This document shows, piece by piece, positions 59,577-64,000 of a stretch of 64,000 bases of DNA. The stretch is from Halocafeteria seosinensis (Eukaryota), in NCBI GenBank assembly GCA_001687465.1, contig LVLI01000135.1:62001-126000 (forward strand). The letters are read 5' to 3'. The translations under genes and the position numbers were made by a program. Numbering within the stretch: the first letter of the stretch is position 1; every line of letters begins with the position of its first letter. The notes beneath the pieces are model-generated. The model saw nothing but the letters and a program-made list of their open reading frames with translations. It made no database searches and was not told where the DNA came from.

Positions 59577-62500
59577 ATGACGCGCTCGAAACAACGCCGC
59601 GAGACCACCAAGAGCCCACAGCGTAGGGACGATGATAATGACGAGCATAGCGCATCCCCAGAGAACCATTTTTTCAAAGTAGCTGAGGCTCTATTTGCAC
59701 AGTGCCCTGAGGAGCGATTCCACCGATTTCGGGAGCAAACAAACGACTGTGTTACCCGGCAAAACTTCACGTCATGGATGGATACGGGAGGCTACAGCTT
59801 CATCGAGCCGGATACCGCCACCAAATACTGCGTGCAACTTCTGAACAAGGTATGCATGGCCAACAATGAGGGGAATGGAACTACAGACAGCCCTGATTGT
59901 GTAACAGCGGATTTCGTTGTACTGGCATGTCTAAATCGGACACCTACGGTACTCCACATGGCAACGTTGACGGCTAGTTTGCTCCTGAATTCTCCCTCTG
60001 CCAATGTTTATGGATTGTCTAACGTACTCGATATTGCCGCCAAGCAAGACCGGCTGTGGGATAAGAACTTAATCAATGTTCTTGTGGCTCTCATGGCGTA
60101 CCCTGACGCCTTCGCCGAAAGAGCGCAATCACTTGTTCACTCAGCATTTGCTACACATGGATTAAACGCCCCCCAGATTGGCCACTGTGCTAACCTTCCT
60201 GAGGAGGGATTATTAAGCGCAGTATGTAGTGTGCTTGATAGCACGAGTAAGCGTTTCGTGCACGATACAGTCAATGAGGTCGTATCGATCCTCGGTCAGT
60301 TCTTCGACGCGGACACCAATCATGTGAGAGTATATCCTCCTCAAGGCATTGTGATTTCTGGTAAACATTTGGGTACACAACTACCTCAAGGACCTCTTTC
60401 CATTTTCGATAATCTGATTCGTGCTTTGGAACAGCTACAAGACAAACGGAAATGGAATCTTACACTGATAAGGCGAAAATTCGGACAGCTTTTGACGTCA
60501 TTCGAAGGCACGAGTCTTTGCTTTTGCCCTCCAGTGACACGGCTTTGCATGAAAGTAGGAATATCCTCTGAGAGCCTAGGTCCAGTGATAAATGCACTTT
60601 GTAGAGAAATTGCGAGTTTTGAACGATTTTCTACTTCGGTAGAAGAGTGGGGACATGCGCTGTTGGGTCGAGCTGGCGAGGATGGATCAAAACCTACAGA
60701 GGAAGAAAAAGAGGACGAGGAGTTGCGTGATACCAAAATCCGCGCCTTGGTAAATGGGATATTGACTGGAACTGGTGCCTCAAAATTGCTCATGTGTGGA
60801 GGCAAGTCATGTGAAGTGCTTTGTTTAAAGGTTCTTCGCCGATGTCTTCTCCTAACAGATCTTCCAAAGGCTCCGTTGTTGAATGCGCTGCGCGAATTCT
60901 TAAGTTTTTGTGCATCCAGCGGGAGAAGGATCCCCGATCAACTTGGTAAGGACCTCCTAGGTTTGCTGCGAGACAGCATCAATTCCAAGTCTGACTTCCT
61001 AGACCAGTGGGTTGCGGAGCCAAATGACATGTTGGTGATGTGCTCCCCTGCTCACGTCTTACACTTGATTTCTTTATTCGAGCACCTCCGACCAGCACTT
61101 CACTCCGTTTTACAAGAGATTGTGGGTCTCGTCCTTGATGGAGGTTGGATGGACATGTTAAGAGCGAGTCATTTGGATTGTTGGACCTATCTGAAGTTTG
61201 ACGTGATTATGTCTACCCTGGGGGTTTCTGGACTATGCTTGTTCCGGTGTGGGGATATGCACCAGTCTATTCGAATCCTAAACTTGTACACAAGTATTCT
61301 TGTGATGAAACGCAATCGTGACGAATCGTTGACGTCGTGGGATGCAAATATCGAGGAAGAGACTTCACCTCTTTGTGGCGAAAACGAGGGTATATCTCTT
61401 TCAGTGTACTCCGCTGCCCCCCAGTGCTCTCGACAATTGAGCTGTACTCTGCATGGTTCTGGTACGAGTTATGGCGCCGTCATAACTGCAGAATACCTCA
61501 CAAGAGATCTGACACACCTGTTGTCTGAAAACTCATCCCTTTACTACATTCACTTTTCACCCGCTGAAATTTGCTCCTTGATTTCGGTATATTATGGAGC
61601 CATTCGAAAGCAACGATTGTGCTTATGTGGGTTTAAGCGGATGGCTTCTGCAACACATCAGACTACACGCCTGGAAGAACATTGCTCGGGCAAAGCTTAT
61701 AATCGGTTGGAACCTATCAATTCAGTTATATGTGCACCGTCATTGAGCACTACGGACGTTTTAGATGACGATTTCTCTGTTCCTTCTGTCTGGACTCTCT
61801 GTGTTCTACTGCGCGACCTTTCGCACTTGATACCTTCCATGCTTGAGGAAGACTGGGACCAAACTTTTCGTACGATAATACATCTTCTGCTGATATCGTC
61901 GCATATTAAATGCGTACTTCCAAACTACGCTGATTCCACTAGTGGGTCATACGAAGAGTCTGAAGCAGGCGATGCCGATAACGAGGTGCTCCATGATGAT
62001 GGAGTGATGGAGCTTTGGCGTAACTCCAGATACAAGTTTGAAGAGACTGAATATGAATTGTACCGCTTGAACAAACGGGATATGCTTCGCATGCCTAAGC
62101 CTAATGAAATGGAAGCTAGATTCTTGGTCTCTTACTTGCATATTACCCCGTCTTCGGCAGAAAAATCAGCGGTACAACAAATGCGAGATGCTGAACCTGC
62201 AGTGAATCGGTATCTCGATCGTTCTTTGGCAATTTCAGGCGAACTTTTCCATTCTCTTCAAGATCTGCGCTCATTGTTACTACATGTTATAGCTCGACTA
62301 TTGACGAATATTCCGAAACCACTACACGAAGCGAAGGGGGCTTTGGGAGACCAAATGAACAATTTTCTGATGTGCCTCCTGCACGGAGGAGAAAACGTAG
62401 TTCGAGAGAGTAGCAACGCAACCGCTATGGGACAGGACATTTTTACACCCCTTCAAGTGGAATTGTGCCGGGTTATGTCACTGTTGTGCCATGCATTCTA

Positions 62501-63464
62501 TGGCGAGTATTTTCTGTCAACTTCTCCTTCTGTATTCCGCCGATTTTTGCATGCTATTCGCACTACAGTCGAGATTTGTAATCCGGCATTTGGTGATGGG
62601 CCAACGAGGGCTGAAGAGAGGAGGTCCAGGCTGCTGATAAAACTGAATGACCGACTGCCTGATGGTGATAGTGATATCGCAACTAGCTTTATGTGCAATG
62701 TCGTGAGTGTCCGTCCTATCGCATGGGACACTGTGTTTCCAGACCACAGTCTTCATTATCTCGAGGGCGGAATACTTCTTCTCTTGCAGTCTGTGTTTGA
62801 TATTGAGCTACGGTCTCGCATGCTTGTGGGAAACTTTGTCTCTACCCTTCTAGCGTGCGTTCTACAGGCGGAGTCGATCCCTTGGTCTACCGAATGTATT
62901 CAAGACGTCGCCCGTTTCGTTTCTCGGGGAGCACTGGGGATAACGTTACCAATCACCACATATTGTCGAATAAGAGATCAGGGCTATTATTCTGAAGACG
63001 AAGATGGTCAATTATACAAGATTAACTGCATCAATATGCGTCTTTTGATTCCAAAGAGAAGTAATATCCGGGGACGCAGGAAGGATACTTCTGATGTAAC
63101 CTGGGTGAAGCAGCGCATCAAACCTGTTTCTTCTACCGTTGCATATACAGGGTTTTGTCTTCCTTCGGGAGATTTAGCCTTAAATGAGACGAGGAAGTGC
63201 TTACGCAGTTATATGGACGTTGCCTGGTGGGATACGTTGCCCTCACCGCTTACAGCAAAACATATTGTAGTTTTTCTAAACGAGGTACTTGACACTGTGG
63301 TTCTTTTCTTTGAGCGAAAGAAGACACTTCCGCTAGCTCAAAAGCTGAGTGTTGATGCCTCTGTTCCGAGAAAAGGCTGTGTAGTTGTACCAAATACGGC
63401 AGCCGATTACCTGTTGAAAACTGACAGCGTGTATGTCCTATGCGACAACATAGAGGCTGTGTAG
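59577..63464 (+). CDS. 1,295-aa hypothetical protein, Leu-rich, probably alpha-solenoid
   Basis: Long uninterrupted ORF; no family recognised. Confidence 0.8.
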   Translation: MTRSKQRRETTKSPQRRDDDNDEHSASPENHFFKVAEALFAQCPEERFHRFREQTNDCVTRQNFTSWMDTGGYSFIEPDTATKYCVQLLNKVCMANNEGNGTTDSPDCVTADFVVLACLNRTPTVLHMATLTASLLLNSPSANVYGLSNVLDIAAKQDRLWDKNLINVLVALMAYPDAFAERAQSLVHSAFATHGLNAPQIGHCANLPEEGLLSAVCSVLDSTSKRFVHDTVNEVVSILGQFFDADTNHVRVYPPQGIVISGKHLGTQLPQGPLSIFDNLIRALEQLQDKRKWNLTLIRRKFGQLLTSFEGTSLCFCPPVTRLCMKVGISSESLGPVINALCREIASFERFSTSVEEWGHALLGRAGEDGSKPTEEEKEDEELRDTKIRALVNGILTGTGASKLLMCGGKSCEVLCLKVLRRCLLLTDLPKAPLLNALREFLSFCASSGRRIPDQLGKDLLGLLRDSINSKSDFLDQWVAEPNDMLVMCSPAHVLHLISLFEHLRPALHSVLQEIVGLVLDGGWMDMLRASHLDCWTYLKFDVIMSTLGVSGLCLFRCGDMHQSIRILNLYTSILVMKRNRDESLTSWDANIEEETSPLCGENEGISLSVYSAAPQCSRQLSCTLHGSGTSYGAVITAEYLTRDLTHLLSENSSLYYIHFSPAEICSLISVYYGAIRKQRLCLCGFKRMASATHQTTRLEEHCSGKAYNRLEPINSVICAPSLSTTDVLDDDFSVPSVWTLCVLLRDLSHLIPSMLEEDWDQTFRTIIHLLLISSHIKCVLPNYADSTSGSYEESEAGDADNEVLHDDGVMELWRNSRYKFEETEYELYRLNKRDMLRMPKPNEMEARFLVSYLHITPSSAEKSAVQQMRDAEPAVNRYLDRSLAISGELFHSLQDLRSLLLHVIARLLTNIPKPLHEAKGALGDQMNNFLMCLLHGGENVVRESSNATAMGQDIFTPLQVELCRVMSLLCHAFYGEYFLSTSPSVFRRFLHAIRTTVEICNPAFGDGPTRAEERRSRLLIKLNDRLPDGDSDIATSFMCNVVSVRPIAWDTVFPDHSLHYLEGGILLLLQSVFDIELRSRMLVGNFVSTLLACVLQAESIPWSTECIQDVARFVSRGALGITLPITTYCRIRDQGYYSEDEDGQLYKINCINMRLLIPKRSNIRGRRKDTSDVTWVKQRIKPVSSTVAYTGFCLPSGDLALNETRKCLRSYMDVAWWDTLPSPLTAKHIVVFLNEVLDTVVLFFERKKTLPLAQKLSVDASVPRKGCVVVPNTAADYLLKTDSVYVLCDNIEAV

Positions 63465-63469
63465 AGGAC

Positions 63470-64000
63470 GCACGTGGAAAAGTCGGATGCAGAATCTGCA
63501 GTGCTACCTCTGCACTGGCTTTGAACGAGTAGACCGTAAAATTCATAAGTGTCCTAGGCAAACCGGGCTGGTCGCCCGGGGGAGTGAGCCGGGCCGAGGG
63601 ACCGGAGTGAATGCCAGTCGGCCGACTCTGCCAGATTCTGCCGGTTGTATATGGGTTGTATTGCACTTGTATGGCGATCATAGAGAAACACATACTGTAC
63701 ATTCAGTGAGAAAATATACAACCTAAGAAGCCGTGGACATTACACTTACAGTGTCGTATTGTACAGTTGTACCAGTACAAGATTTTGAAAGTTCTTGTTC
63801 GTCATTCATCAAGATGTACACTTGTAGAGACACACAGTGCTCTGCAACGTTTCGGTCGCATAGCGGACGGAGGAAACATGAGATATCTCGGCATCCAAAC
63901 ATCTGCAAGGTCGGATCCCAAAAGTGTCCGGAGTGTGAGCACTTCAGCACCACAAAGGAAGACTTATACACCCATCTGAAAACACATCACAACGGGCAAA
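63470..64000 (-). CDS. 3' part of a possible Cys-rich gene entering from the right edge
   Basis: GYKSSFVVLKC--SGHFW is loosely sushi/CCP-like; fragmentary. Confidence 0.25.

Noticed and set aside
51049..63726. Many 60-150-aa ORFs overlapping the long genes
   Set aside because: Alternative-frame or antisense shadows without motifs.

Overview
Compact eukaryotic (protist-like) nuclear DNA with short GT-AG introns of about 50-120 nt; the lineage cannot be fixed from the sequence alone. Positions 1-16.3 kb are a dynamic accessory region: a head-to-tail array of an intronless multi-pass membrane-protein gene. Copy 3 is intact, copy 1 is open to the window edge, and copy 2 is a pseudogene. Copy 2 is split by a ~7.7-kb block (2717-10440) carrying ankyrin remnants, a hypervariable 28-aa LRR gene, a CRE-like non-LTR retrotransposon remnant, a spliced Crinkler/RHS-like NTPase + nuclease gene and a repeat block. 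Three short retroposon-like 3' ends share one motif, and TA-flanked Tc1/mariner-type footprints are common; one of them frameshifts the NTPase-nuclease gene. Positions 16.8-64 kb are densely packed conserved genes: S28 peptidase, ARMC2-like, COQ3, a kinase, TDP1, M17 aminopeptidase, tRNA-Phe, a RAP-domain protein, AIF3-like, MDH, RNase H2C, thioredoxin, an EF-hand protein, a motif-degenerate MER3-like helicase and GPCAT. This part also holds a ~2,300-aa secretory protein with repeated methyltransferase-like and kinase-like modules and a 1,295-aa orphan. Gene models and identities were worked out by eye; no searches were run.
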